Below, one piece after another: positions 38,136-46,870 of a DNA stretch of 64,000 nt (position 1 is the stretch's first letter; each line of letters opens with the position of its first letter). Source of the stretch: an uncultured Spirochaetota bacterium (GTDB lineage Bacteria > Spirochaetota > Spirochaetia > SZUA-6 > Fen-1364); NCBI GenBank assembly GCA_963845535.1, contig CAWJSK010000012.1, forward strand, positions 320,001 to 384,000, given 5' to 3'. The notes under the pieces were generated by a model. It had not been told where the DNA came from. It was given only the letters and a program-made list of their open reading frames with translations, and did no database searches. The position numbers and the translations under genes are program-made.

Positions 38136-39197
38136 TTATTGCTTCTGCTTGGCCTTCATGTAGTTCTTGACCATCTTTCCGAATGCCTTTTCCTTCTTCC
38201 GTTTCTCGAGGTACGTCATCTCGTAATATTTCGATTCTTTCATCAGTTTCTGGTAGCTCTGCAACCTCTCGGCGGTCAATTTGCCTTCCGCCAGGCCCAA
38301 AAGGACGGCGCAACCTTTTTCAGCGGTGTGGGTACAATCAGCAAAGCGACAACGTTCGGCAAACGCGGCGATGTCTTCATAACTCTCATCTATCCCGAGT
38401 CCAAAGCCCAGCATGCCCAGCTCCCGCATTCCGGGTGTGTCGACGAAAAGTGCGCCGTTATCCAAGATGACCAATTGTCGTCGTGTAGTGGTATGTCGGC
38501 CTTTCGCACTTTTCTCTCGTACGGTATCGGTTGCAAACTCTTCCTTCCCCAATAGTTTGTTCAATATGGTGCTCTTGCCCACTCCGGAGGAGCCGATCAG
38601 ACAATAGGTTTTCCCGATTTCCAGCGTGTCCCTGAATCGGTCGTAGCCAACCCCGGAGGTACTGCTCAGCGGAATCACGTGAATGCTATGATCTCTCTGT
38701 ACCTCCGCGATCATTGATTCCAGCTTTAAGCCGTCAACAAGGTCGGACTTGGTCAGCAGGAGTACGGAATCAATTCCACCGTCCTTTGTCATTACGATGT
38801 ATCTGTCAAGCCGATTCAGATTGTAGTCGACGTCACAAGACTGGACAATGAAAGCAACGTCGATATTTGAGGCAATGAGCTGGTAATCGACTCGTGCCCC
38901 CGAGGATCTCCGGCGCAGTATGGTTCTTCTTGGTAGTACGTCGAGTACAATCGCATGCGCGTTATTGTCATAGTAATCCACCACTACCCAGTCTCCGACA
39001 CAAGGCATGTCTTCCGTGGTTTCCGCACAATAGAGTAGCCTTCCTGTAAGCTCCGCAGGAATAGATCCAAACTCGCTTCCGATCATGTAGCGATCTCGGT
39101 CAACAGCAATAACCCGAGCCAGTTGAGTTTCAGCGATTACGTTATCCCTCACCTTGGCCCGGAACCAATCACCGTAGCCGAGGTCTTTAAGATTCAC
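38136..39197 (-). CDS. rsgA: Ribosome small subunit-dependent GTPase A family (circularly permuted GTPase)
   Basis: TKSD, GSSGVGKST, GRHTTT, DTPGMRE, zinc motif CRFADCTHTAEKGC; GTG start after GGAGG. Confidence 0.85.
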   Translation of the reverse strand: MNLKDLGYGDWFRAKVRDNVIAETQLARVIAVDRDRYMIGSEFGSIPAELTGRLLYCAETTEDMPCVGDWVVVDYYDNNAHAIVLDVLPRRTILRRRSSGARVDYQLIASNIDVAFIVQSCDVDYNLNRLDRYIVMTKDGGIDSVLLLTKSDLVDGLKLESMIAEVQRDHSIHVIPLSSTSGVGYDRFRDTLEIGKTYCLIGSSGVGKSTILNKLLGKEEFATDTVREKSAKGRHTTTRRQLVILDNGALFVDTPGMRELGMLGFGLGIDESYEDIAAFAERCRFADCTHTAEKGCAVLLGLAEGKLTAERLQSYQKLMKESKYYEMTYLEKRKKEKAFGKMVKNYMKAKQKQ

Positions 39198-39415
39198 GTG
39201 ACCTCCCCGTACGCACACTATCATGGCTTTCATGCACTGAACAGAGAGATTTGCCACCCTGAATCAACCCGCGTATGTCCAAAGCATTCATCTCATGGGT
39301 TGTCGCATTCGGCCCTGAAGTTTGGCGCCTTCGTACCTTGCCGTTGTTTTTCAACTTCATAATCTTTAGCCCAGATTCATTTCTTGAGCCCTTAAACAAG
39401 GAACGGAGGATTCAC

Positions 39416-40018
39416 GTGGGCAAAGTTGTGGTCGTTAACAATATAACCCTGGACGGCGTTATGCAGGCCCCCGCTCGCGCAGATGAAGACACTCGGAATG
39501 GTTTCAAGTATGGTGGCTGGGGCATTCCTTTCAACGACCCAGTCATGGGAAAGAAGATGGCAGAGCTCATGGCCAAAGGCTCCCCACACGGAGCGCTACT
39601 GCTCGGCCGGCGAACCTACGAGGATTTCTACGCAGTTTGGCCCAAACGAAAAGATGGCAATCCTTATACCGAGCATCTCAACAAAGTAAAGAAATATGTG
39701 GCGTCCACGACCTTGCGAGAGCCGCTTCCATGGAACAACTCCCAACTACTCAACGGTGACGCAGGCGATGCAATTGCGGCACTGAAGAAGCAATTGGATC
39801 TTACCGTCCTTGGAAGTGGTGAGCTCATAAAGTCCCTGATGCGACGCAATCTTATTGACGAGTTTCTCCTTACCATTGCTCCGATCATACTTGGGTCAGG
39901 ACGTCGGTTGTTCCCTTCCGGAGTGCCGGCTTCGCTTCGGCTTGTCGATAGTATTGTGACTACAATGGGAGTGATTATCGCCACCTACCAGGTCAGCGAA
40001 GAAGGGCCGGGCACGTGA
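39416..40018 (+). CDS. Dihydrofolate reductase / RibD C-terminal domain family protein
   Basis: ITLDGVMQAP, LLLGRRTYE, GSGELIKSL, IDEF..P.ILGSGRRLF. Confidence 0.85.
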   Translation: MGKVVVVNNITLDGVMQAPARADEDTRNGFKYGGWGIPFNDPVMGKKMAELMAKGSPHGALLLGRRTYEDFYAVWPKRKDGNPYTEHLNKVKKYVASTTLREPLPWNNSQLLNGDAGDAIAALKKQLDLTVLGSGELIKSLMRRNLIDEFLLTIAPIILGSGRRLFPSGVPASLRLVDSIVTTMGVIIATYQVSEEGPGT

Positions 40019-40069
40019 AACGATAACGCGATTAAGATCGCGGCGGCACTACGGGTCAAGTTCCGATGA

Positions 40070-40186
40070 ACATAACATGGAGTCAAGCAGGGCCGCCGAC
40101 CCGCGCCCAAATGTAACGGCTTTTACGGATTGCAGGTTGCACTTTTACATTCACCTTGGGGCGGCTGCTTCAACGACTTGTTATGC
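40070..40186 (-). other. Integron attC recombination site (117 bp)
   Basis: Minus strand R'' GCATAAC, 5 nt, L'' GTTGAAGC ... L' GCTTGAC, 5 nt, R' GTTATGT; internal pairing CCGCC/GGCGG and AATGTAA/TTACATT. Confidence 0.8.
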
Positions 40187-40198
40187 CCCTGCGACTTC

Positions 40199-41701
40199 TC
40201 AGAAGGAGAGTGTTTTCTGATCAGAAGTAGATTCAGCCGGTTGAAGCCTCAAAGCTGCTGCATAGTCATGTCTTCCAAGAAATTCGGAAAGCTTGATCAA
40301 ATCTAGGCGTTTCAATACCTCAATCGTCACCGGTCTCTTTGCGTCGAAGAAAGTAAGCGATCGCAAGAATGTCTGAGCCGGCCCTGACTGCAATAGCTCC
40401 AGAACCGAGTCTGCTTCTGCCTCGGACCAAAAGGACAAAAAGTAGCAAGTATCATCAAGAAGAACTGGTTTTTCTTGGCGGCACCCTATCTTGACAAACT
40501 GAAAAGCCTTATACAAACCAGCTACTGCGACTTTCCAAGGCGCAAAGGTGTAAGGCCCGACACCGAAAATTGAGTACTTGGGACGATTTCTGTAGATCGA
40601 GCTCTTTCTCATTCCAAAGTAGGTCTGGTGGTCTTCTAGATACGCCCATAGTTTAGGGGCCGTATCTTTCAACCTTAAAGTATCTTCATTTGTTCGGAAC
40701 TGTGGAACAACCACAAACCGATTTGTAGCCGTTCTGCCGTTAGCTAAATCAGACGACTTGAGAAAAGGAAACAGGTGGGACGATTCCGCGACGCATTCCT
40801 CCCCAAGCTTATTGAGAAACCTTCCATCTATGAGTTCCAGCTCCATGATCGATGATGCGTCGTGCTTAATTCCAGATCTCCATTTGCGTTGCTCATGCCC
40901 GTCAAGCTGGGAATAGACAGAGTAGCTCTTTGCGTCGGATACAAGTTCACCCTTCACTGTCCCCACTTGCCCCGTCATGAGCTCATAGCTTAGGCCGCGA
41001 TATTGTTCCGCGGAAGCGCACTTAGCTGCGTCTTGGCGAATTCGTATGTATAATAGACACGCATTCACGGACGCGCCAAAGTGCAAAGCGGCATCTATAA
41101 GATGAAGCGAGGCTTTTGATACGGAATGATCGTGTATCCATGCATACTTCAAAACTTTGCGTGCGGTTGCCACCTTGCACAGTATTGCAATATCGATATC
41201 AATTGAACGTGATGCTTCTAGCAGCTTTATTAGCATCCATTCTGATATGTCGAAATTGGCCTTCCCAGTCTTCGCAGCAAATCCCTCATGTCCTTGGAAG
41301 TTGGACTTCTTGGGAAGATTGTCGCTATTCATTGAACCCAAACGAGCACTGGTCACCCAAGGGAGATTCCCTAATAGAAGGGGTCTATCGCCCGCGCCCG
41401 ACAGGATGTTGTGCCAGTTAGCGTTGAAGAAGTCTTGGACCTCTAGCGTAGCAGAATAGCCTTTGCGATCAAGCATTCTGGATGCGTTCTGGAGGTGATT
41501 TGGATTTATATCATAGCCAACCACCTTTTTGAGCTTGTGGAAGTGTTTCACAGCACTCAACAGAAACGAGCCGCTTCCACATGTTGGTTCGATTATTGCG
41601 TCTGGATCAATTCCAGTAGAAACCAGGAACCCACATACTTCGTCAGCAAGCGGCGGAGGCGTCTGGAAGTCACCAAATTCAATCTTTTTAAGCATGTTCA
41701 T
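40199..41701 (-). CDS. Amino-(N6-adenine-type) DNA methyltransferase, gamma-like order, of a type II R-M system
   Basis: FGDFQTP, motif I EPTCGSGSFL, motif IV variant GNLPW; TAATG coupling to the endonuclease. Confidence 0.8.
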   Translation of the reverse strand: MNMLKKIEFGDFQTPPPLADEVCGFLVSTGIDPDAIIEPTCGSGSFLLSAVKHFHKLKKVVGYDINPNHLQNASRMLDRKGYSATLEVQDFFNANWHNILSGAGDRPLLLGNLPWVTSARLGSMNSDNLPKKSNFQGHEGFAAKTGKANFDISEWMLIKLLEASRSIDIDIAILCKVATARKVLKYAWIHDHSVSKASLHLIDAALHFGASVNACLLYIRIRQDAAKCASAEQYRGLSYELMTGQVGTVKGELVSDAKSYSVYSQLDGHEQRKWRSGIKHDASSIMELELIDGRFLNKLGEECVAESSHLFPFLKSSDLANGRTATNRFVVVPQFRTNEDTLRLKDTAPKLWAYLEDHQTYFGMRKSSIYRNRPKYSIFGVGPYTFAPWKVAVAGLYKAFQFVKIGCRQEKPVLLDDTCYFLSFWSEAEADSVLELLQSGPAQTFLRSLTFFDAKRPVTIEVLKRLDLIKLSEFLGRHDYAAALRLQPAESTSDQKTLSF

Positions 41702-42351
41702 TATGCCAACCTAGACAGACCGTCTATTCTTCCCGCTTCATCTATTACTCGAGAATACTGAAGTCTCCACTGAAGAGCGTTGGAAATCGTCAAGTAGCCG
41801 ATAGGTGGAGGGTCTCTTAGAATCTCCTCGGCCAAGGCCTCAGCTTGCATTTCATCTACCGGCAAAAGCCGATCTTGCATGAACGCCAATATGTCATCTT
41901 TATTGGGGTGATTTTCCAGTATCTTGCGTAGGCCAGAAGTCATTTGGAAGTCGGCAGTAAGAGCTGCTTCCACAAAGACAGTGTAGCGAATATTGAGCTT
42001 GGAGGTCCTGCTCTTATCGTCGTCGGTCTTCTCATAGACGAACACCAGAAGCGAATAGCCCAGACCATAGATCTTCTGGCGTGCCGACCTATAAGGGCAT
42101 GAAGACTGCGGTTGCTTGATGCTGGTTACTTTTATATCCACGTCAAGTTCGGGAAAATCGATTCCCTTCGCCGTATTACCTTTGGAATAGGTGTACTTCT
42201 CTGCGAGCGATCGTTGAAACTTCTGTTCGAGATACGTTCCCACTGCTTTCCCATCGGTGACTCCAAATAGGCTGGATTCTTTGTAGTTGGACTCACGAAC
42301 AGAGAAAGCCTTTGCTTCTTTCTTTAGAGAGTTCACGTCTAGCGGTTTCAT
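41701..42351 (-). CDS. Type II restriction endonuclease (PD-(D/E)xK; resembles NspV-like enzymes as recalled)
   Basis: GVTDGKAVGTYLE, GIDFPELDVDIKVTSIKQPQSSCP, NALQWRLQY; adjacent methyltransferase. Confidence 0.7.
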   Translation of the reverse strand: MKPLDVNSLKKEAKAFSVRESNYKESSLFGVTDGKAVGTYLEQKFQRSLAEKYTYSKGNTAKGIDFPELDVDIKVTSIKQPQSSCPYRSARQKIYGLGYSLLVFVYEKTDDDKSRTSKLNIRYTVFVEAALTADFQMTSGLRKILENHPNKDDILAFMQDRLLPVDEMQAEALAEEILRDPPPIGYLTISNALQWRLQYSRVIDEAGRIDGLSRLA

Positions 42352-42421
42352 ACAATCCGATGCTAAACCGTCCGCCCGGCGATCATCAAGAGCCATTCGC
42401 GAGCGGCAAGCGCTTTCAGGG

Positions 42422-42441
42422 GCATAACAAACCTAATATGC
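42422..42441 (-). other. attI-like simple recombination site at the cassette 5' junction
   Basis: Minus strand GCATATT-AGGTTT-GTTATGC: two inverted 7-bp boxes, the second matching GTTRRRY-type core. Confidence 0.45.
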
Positions 42442-42772
42442 GTTTTGGTCGAGAACTCTGCAAACAAGCCGATTGAAGAGTGACTCTGTGGCCATTGAGG
42501 CAGCAACCCTATACGGCTGTTCGCGGATTCTCATGGAATATTCACCTTAGCTTTTCTCGTCGACGACTCAAGCGATCTTTCCGCCCCGAATGTTGCGGAG
42601 CGGCTTTCTGGGTGGGTAGATCTGCGCGGCTTTTTTGACCGAACTGTGAGCCTTGCGTCGGTGAGAAGCTTTCACACCGACAACGACGGTACTGCTAAGA
42701 TTCTTGTATGAGGCAATAGGGCTTGCGTCCACGGGGGTTGTCGAACGCGCACGCCGCTCAATCATCTCCGCG

Positions 42773-43687
42773 TCATGGACGGTGATCAGGCGGCAAGATC
42801 TTCCGCTGACCTGCGTGCTTGCCGCCGTTCTTTCCGGTCCTTCCGCTCTTTCCGTTCTTCCCGTTCGGTCCCCCGTTGGTCGAGCCGTCGCCCGAATGGT
42901 CCAGCTTCTGGATCTGCGTGCGGAGGCGCCGGCTCTGGCGGTCAATGGAGGCGAGAAGCTTCTTCACCTCGGCGCCCTCGGGGCCCCTGCGGGAAAAAGC
43001 TCCGAACTCGTAGTTCTCCGTATCATACGCCTTTCCCGTGAACAGGTAGATGAACCCGCTCTTGACCTGCTTCTGAACGAGGTTCCCCACCCCTTCCGCC
43101 TGGTAGCGCCGAACGGAATGGTAGACGTACACGTGACTGTACACCCGGAAGCGCCCGACGAGCGACGCACGGTTGATGTAGTCGAAATCCTCGGACACGC
43201 GCACCTTCTCCGAGAAACCGCCAATCCTGTTGTGCAGCCTCCGTGTGGTGAGGATGCAGACGCCGAGCCCCTGGGGTTGAATGACCTCCATGAGCTTGAA
43301 GAACGTGTTGCTGAACTGAAAGATCGTCCTGTAGATGGGGTTTGTCCCGTCAATGGGGCGGATCCAGGGAACGCAGATGTCGACGAAATCCTTCTCGAAG
43401 CGCGCCATGATGCTGGAAAGAAAACCCTCCGGCAGCACCGTGTCAGCGTCCACAAAAAGGAGGTACTCCCCCCGGGCTGCGAGCGCCCCGCGGTTGCGTC
43501 CGATCCCGGGAACGCCGCCCTCCACGACCCGAGCCCCATGGGCGCGCGCGACGCTGCGTGTCTTGTCGCGTGAAGAGTTGTCCGCGACAATGACCTCGAG
43601 GTCACGGTAGTCCTGCTTTCGGATGCTCCCCAGGAGACGGGGCAGATACGCTTCTTCATTGAAAGTCGGGATGATGATACTTACCAT
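42773..43687 (-). CDS. Glycosyltransferase family 2
   Basis: VSIIIPTFNEE, GRNRGA, LLFVDAD, IGGF..SED. Confidence 0.9.
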   Translation of the reverse strand: MVSIIIPTFNEEAYLPRLLGSIRKQDYRDLEVIVADNSSRDKTRSVARAHGARVVEGGVPGIGRNRGALAARGEYLLFVDADTVLPEGFLSSIMARFEKDFVDICVPWIRPIDGTNPIYRTIFQFSNTFFKLMEVIQPQGLGVCILTTRRLHNRIGGFSEKVRVSEDFDYINRASLVGRFRVYSHVYVYHSVRRYQAEGVGNLVQKQVKSGFIYLFTGKAYDTENYEFGAFSRRGPEGAEVKKLLASIDRQSRRLRTQIQKLDHSGDGSTNGGPNGKNGKSGRTGKNGGKHAGQRKILPPDHRP

Positions 43688-43745
43688 ACCTTCTGGACAA
43701 ATCCTTCCGTATTCAGTAGTGTTTCAGCCGCACGAGCTCAGCCAA

Positions 43746-43817
43746 GGCGCCGTACCCAAGTGGTAAGGGAGAGGTCTGCAAAACCTTTATACATCGGTTC
43801 GATTCCGATCGGCGCCT
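43746..43817 (+). tRNA. tRNA-Cys (GCA)
   Basis: Acceptor GGCGCCG/CGGCGCC, anticodon loop CTGCAAA (GCA 43778-43780), T-loop GGTTCGATTCC, U73; CCA not encoded. Confidence 0.95.
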
Positions 43818-44817
43818 CGAACCCGCACCTTTTCCACCCGCCAGAGAAAAATGAATCCAAGCCCCAGCAGGACCATTGTCAGCTGACCCATCCGCAGGAT
43901 CAGCGTGTACACGAGGCTCGCGTTGGAGCCTATGCGCAGCAGGTTGAAGATGAAAAGATGCGTCCCTTCCATCCCTCCTATGTTGCCCGGCAGGATCCCG
44001 ATGAGCCCCTGTATGACAACGGTGGAAAAGATCACAATCGAGTTCGGAATGCTTGGATGACCGAGCACGAACAGAATGTAGTCCGTCTGGAGAACCTCGA
44101 CCAGAGCAACGAGCACCCCCGCTGCCAGGGCCAGGTAGAAGATCCTCCGACGGCGAATGATCTCATGCACGTCTTTCGCGAACTCCCGCATGGAACGCAG
44201 AATCTTCACGGCAAGCCGGGGATTGATGCGGGCAAGCGGGCGCACGACCGGTTTGATAGCCGTCAGAATGAAGGTGCGACTGCTGAAGAGCTTCACAATG
44301 ACAAAAAGAAACAGGCCAATGAAAACAAGAAGGATGAAGCCCGCAATGAAAATCAGCACTGTCCCGGTGTGCACAAAGTAGACCAGCAGGGAGAACCCGA
44401 CGATGATGAGCGGGATCTTTGCGCCGAGCTCGATATATTTGTCCAGCGCAATGGTGGCGTACACCTTCTCATAGCTCATGAAAGCGTCTTTGTAGAGGCT
44501 CGCGCGGACCGGTTCACCGCCGAAATACATTGATGGAGTCAGGTAGGTGAGGGCGAAACCGCTCACGCGCGAAAAAAAAGTCCACCAGAACCCTCGGTAA
44601 ATCCCGGCCTCCTTGAGGATGAGCGCCCAATGGAAGGTCTGCGTCACGAGGATTGCGAGCTGGAACGTGAGTATCCCGGTCACGACCTGCGGCGTTATCA
44701 GCGCCACGTACCGGCGAAGCTGACGGGGGTCAAGAACTTTCACGAACAGGAGGGCCAGAAGGGCGAGGACCGTGACCTCGATTGCAATCCTGAGGGGCGG
44801 GACAGGCGTACTTTCAT
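43787..44817 (-). CDS. Lysylphosphatidylglycerol synthase TM-region (UPF0104 flippase-like) protein; probable frameshift near 44794-44797
   Basis: YLTPSMYFGGEPVR, PGNIGGME; ATG 44817 overlaps the NUDIX stop (ATGA) but is one base out of frame. Confidence 0.75.
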
Positions 44818-45386
44818 GGCGAGCCGGTTGGTCTGCTTCGAGTATACAAGTAATACGCGACCATGACGAGCGAATTGATGAACTCACCAGTTCCGATGTT
44901 CTCCCGGAGCGTCCGCGCGGGGACCTCGACGGCCTCCAACTGCTCCAGGCTGTCCAGCGTCTTTTCCCCGACGCGCTCGAGGTCCTCCGCGAGGTAGGTG
45001 GAGCACCAGTTCGTCATGAAGGCAGGGTTGGGGCTTACCCTGCCGAGGAGCGTCATCCGCCCCGCGCGGTAGCCCGTCTCCTCCCGGAGCTCCCGCATGC
45101 CTGCCTCCCGAGGGTCTTCACCCGGCTCGACAAGACCGGCGGGGAACTCGGTGGTCACGGCGCCCAGACCGTGGCGGTACTGCCGGACCATGAGGAAGCA
45201 CTCCTCGCCTTCAGCGTTCGGTACGACTGCCACGACGTTGACCCAGTCCGGCGCGTTGAGGATGAGAAACTCCCCCCGGGCGCCCTCGGTGGATGCGCGT
45301 TCCGAGAGGCTCAGATCGAAAAGCGAATGCGATGTGAGGCGCCGGCGAGAAAGCTCCCTCCAGCGAAGGCGCCCATCGTCACGCAT
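44814..45386 (-). CDS. NUDIX hydrolase (ADP-ribose pyrophosphatase-like)
   Basis: Nudix box GLVEPGEDPREAGMRELREETGY; VRQYRH; SPNPAF. Confidence 0.9.
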   Translation of the reverse strand: MRDDGRLRWRELSRRRLTSHSLFDLSLSERASTEGARGEFLILNAPDWVNVVAVVPNAEGEECFLMVRQYRHGLGAVTTEFPAGLVEPGEDPREAGMRELREETGYRAGRMTLLGRVSPNPAFMTNWCSTYLAEDLERVGEKTLDSLEQLEAVEVPARTLRENIGTGEFINSLVMVAYYLYTRSRPTGSP

Positions 45387-45510
45387 GGACTACACTATAC
45401 CAGAGTCGCATTCACCGCGACAACGCCGTCACCCCCATCACCCCCGAGTCACCCCCGAGTTCTTCGGCTCCCCGTCGAACACAGAGGGGCGCTTTCCGGG
45501 GCAGTTTCCA

Positions 45511-45539
45511 TTGACAACTGAAAACCCGATCCATATACT
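45511..45539 (+). promoter_or_regulatory. Near-consensus sigma70 promoter
   Basis: TTGACA (45511-45516), 17 nt, TATACT (45534-45539), 25 nt before ATG 45565. Confidence 0.7.
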
Positions 45540-45564
45540 AAGGCCGGAAAAACGGTAATACAGC

Positions 45565-46797
45565 ATGGCCAATCCCCTGCAGCTCTCGATTGTAAACTTC
45601 AACCGCAACTCGTATATCATCGTCGAGGGGAAGCAGAGGGCGGAATACTTCTACATCATCAGAAGCGGCAAGGTCCGCATGAGCAAGGAAGTGGAGGTCG
45701 TGGAGGAGGAGGGCGGGAACATCCTTGCCCCCGGGGATTTTTTCGGCGTCATATCGACAATGTCCTCCCACAGCCACATCGAAACGGCGCTCGCCTTGAC
45801 GGATGTATCCCTGATCTCCGTCCACCGGGAGCAGTATGGCGTTCTGATTGAAAGAAACGCGCCTGTGGCGCTCAAGATCATCCAGAGTTTCTCCAGAAAG
45901 ATGCGGTTCCTGGATGAGGCATTCACCCGCCTGACGTTCAAAAACACGGCAAGCGGAGACCCCACCCACCTGTTCAAGGTTGCGGAATACTACGCGCGGC
46001 AGAGCCAGTACAACCAGGCCTACTACGCGTATTACCGCTACCTCCAGCACTGCCCCACGGACGCAAACGTGGACAAGGCCAAGGAACGGATGGCCAAGAT
46101 CCACCCGTATGCCAAGGCGGTGTACTTGGAAAAAACTTCTGATGACCTGACCCGGACCTATCCGAAGAACACCATGATCTTCAGTGAGAATGAGCCGGGC
46201 ACGGAGCTGTTCATCCTCCAGAAGGGCATCGTCAAGATCACGAAAATCGTGGAGGACAATGAGGTGCTCCTGGCAATGCTGAAGTCCGGGGACATCTTCG
46301 GGGAAATGGCGCTCCTCGAAAACAAGCCCCGCTCTGCCTCCGCCATTGCCAATGAGGACTGCGTCCTGATGGCGGTGAACAAGACGAACTTCGAGCGCAT
46401 GGTCCAGACCCAGCCGCAGCTCATTACAAAGCTCACCACGGTGCTTGCGGAGAGGCTCTGGACAATCTACAAGCAGCTCGCCAACACGCTCATCCAGGAT
46501 CCGCTGGGCAAGCTCTATGACGCGCTTCTTCTGCAGTTGGAAAAGAATCGGGTCCCCGTGGCTTCGGGCGGCAAGTACACGTTCCAGCTCGGTCCCAAGG
46601 AGCTTCTCAACATGGTGGGGCTGTCCAGCGAAAAAGGAAACCCTATCGTGCGCAGGCTCTTCGAGAACAAGAAGATGGTCCTCACGGACAACAAGATCTC
46701 CACAACGGACGTTGAAGAGGTCCAGAAGCAGTCAGAGTACTATCGAAAAATGGAAAAAATCGAACGGGCCCGCCGCAAAGCCGCAGCACAACAGTAG
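45565..46797 (+). CDS. Protein with two cyclic-nucleotide-binding domains and a TPR-like linker (Crp/Fnr-like, spirochaete type)
   Basis: PGDFFGV and GDIFGEMALLENKPRSASA; AYYAYYRYLQHCP helical repeat. Confidence 0.85.
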   Translation: MANPLQLSIVNFNRNSYIIVEGKQRAEYFYIIRSGKVRMSKEVEVVEEEGGNILAPGDFFGVISTMSSHSHIETALALTDVSLISVHREQYGVLIERNAPVALKIIQSFSRKMRFLDEAFTRLTFKNTASGDPTHLFKVAEYYARQSQYNQAYYAYYRYLQHCPTDANVDKAKERMAKIHPYAKAVYLEKTSDDLTRTYPKNTMIFSENEPGTELFILQKGIVKITKIVEDNEVLLAMLKSGDIFGEMALLENKPRSASAIANEDCVLMAVNKTNFERMVQTQPQLITKLTTVLAERLWTIYKQLANTLIQDPLGKLYDALLLQLEKNRVPVASGGKYTFQLGPKELLNMVGLSSEKGNPIVRRLFENKKMVLTDNKISTTDVEEVQKQSEYYRKMEKIERARRKAAAQQ

Positions 46798-46870
46798 GCC
46801 TCCGCTCGCCAGGACCGTTAGTGCGGAGCACCGCTCTGACCGCTGGGGCGGGCTGAGCCCGCTGAGACGC

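Larger units (their letters stand above)
40076..42427 (-). mobile_element. Integron gene cassette carrying a restriction-modification pair
   Basis: Cassette start G|TTATGCCCCTG (42428-42417) is the exact 12-bp complement of CAGGGGCATAAC at the attC R'' end (40191-40180). Confidence 0.75.

Noticed and set aside
37086..40069. Additional attC sites making a multi-cassette array
   Set aside because: The gaps at 37086-37127, 38073-38135 and 39198-39415 lack paired RYYYAAC/GTTRRRY boxes with a palindromic core.
42442..42772. Integron integrase or toxin gene next to the attI-like site
   Set aside because: Only short frames without a credible start and no tyrosine recombinase motifs; a faint PIN-like stretch is too weak to call.
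43746..43817. tRNA-Cys as integration site of the lower-GC island
   Set aside because: The island lies 5' of the tRNA, separated by a GC-rich GT2 gene, and no duplicated tRNA 3' end was found.
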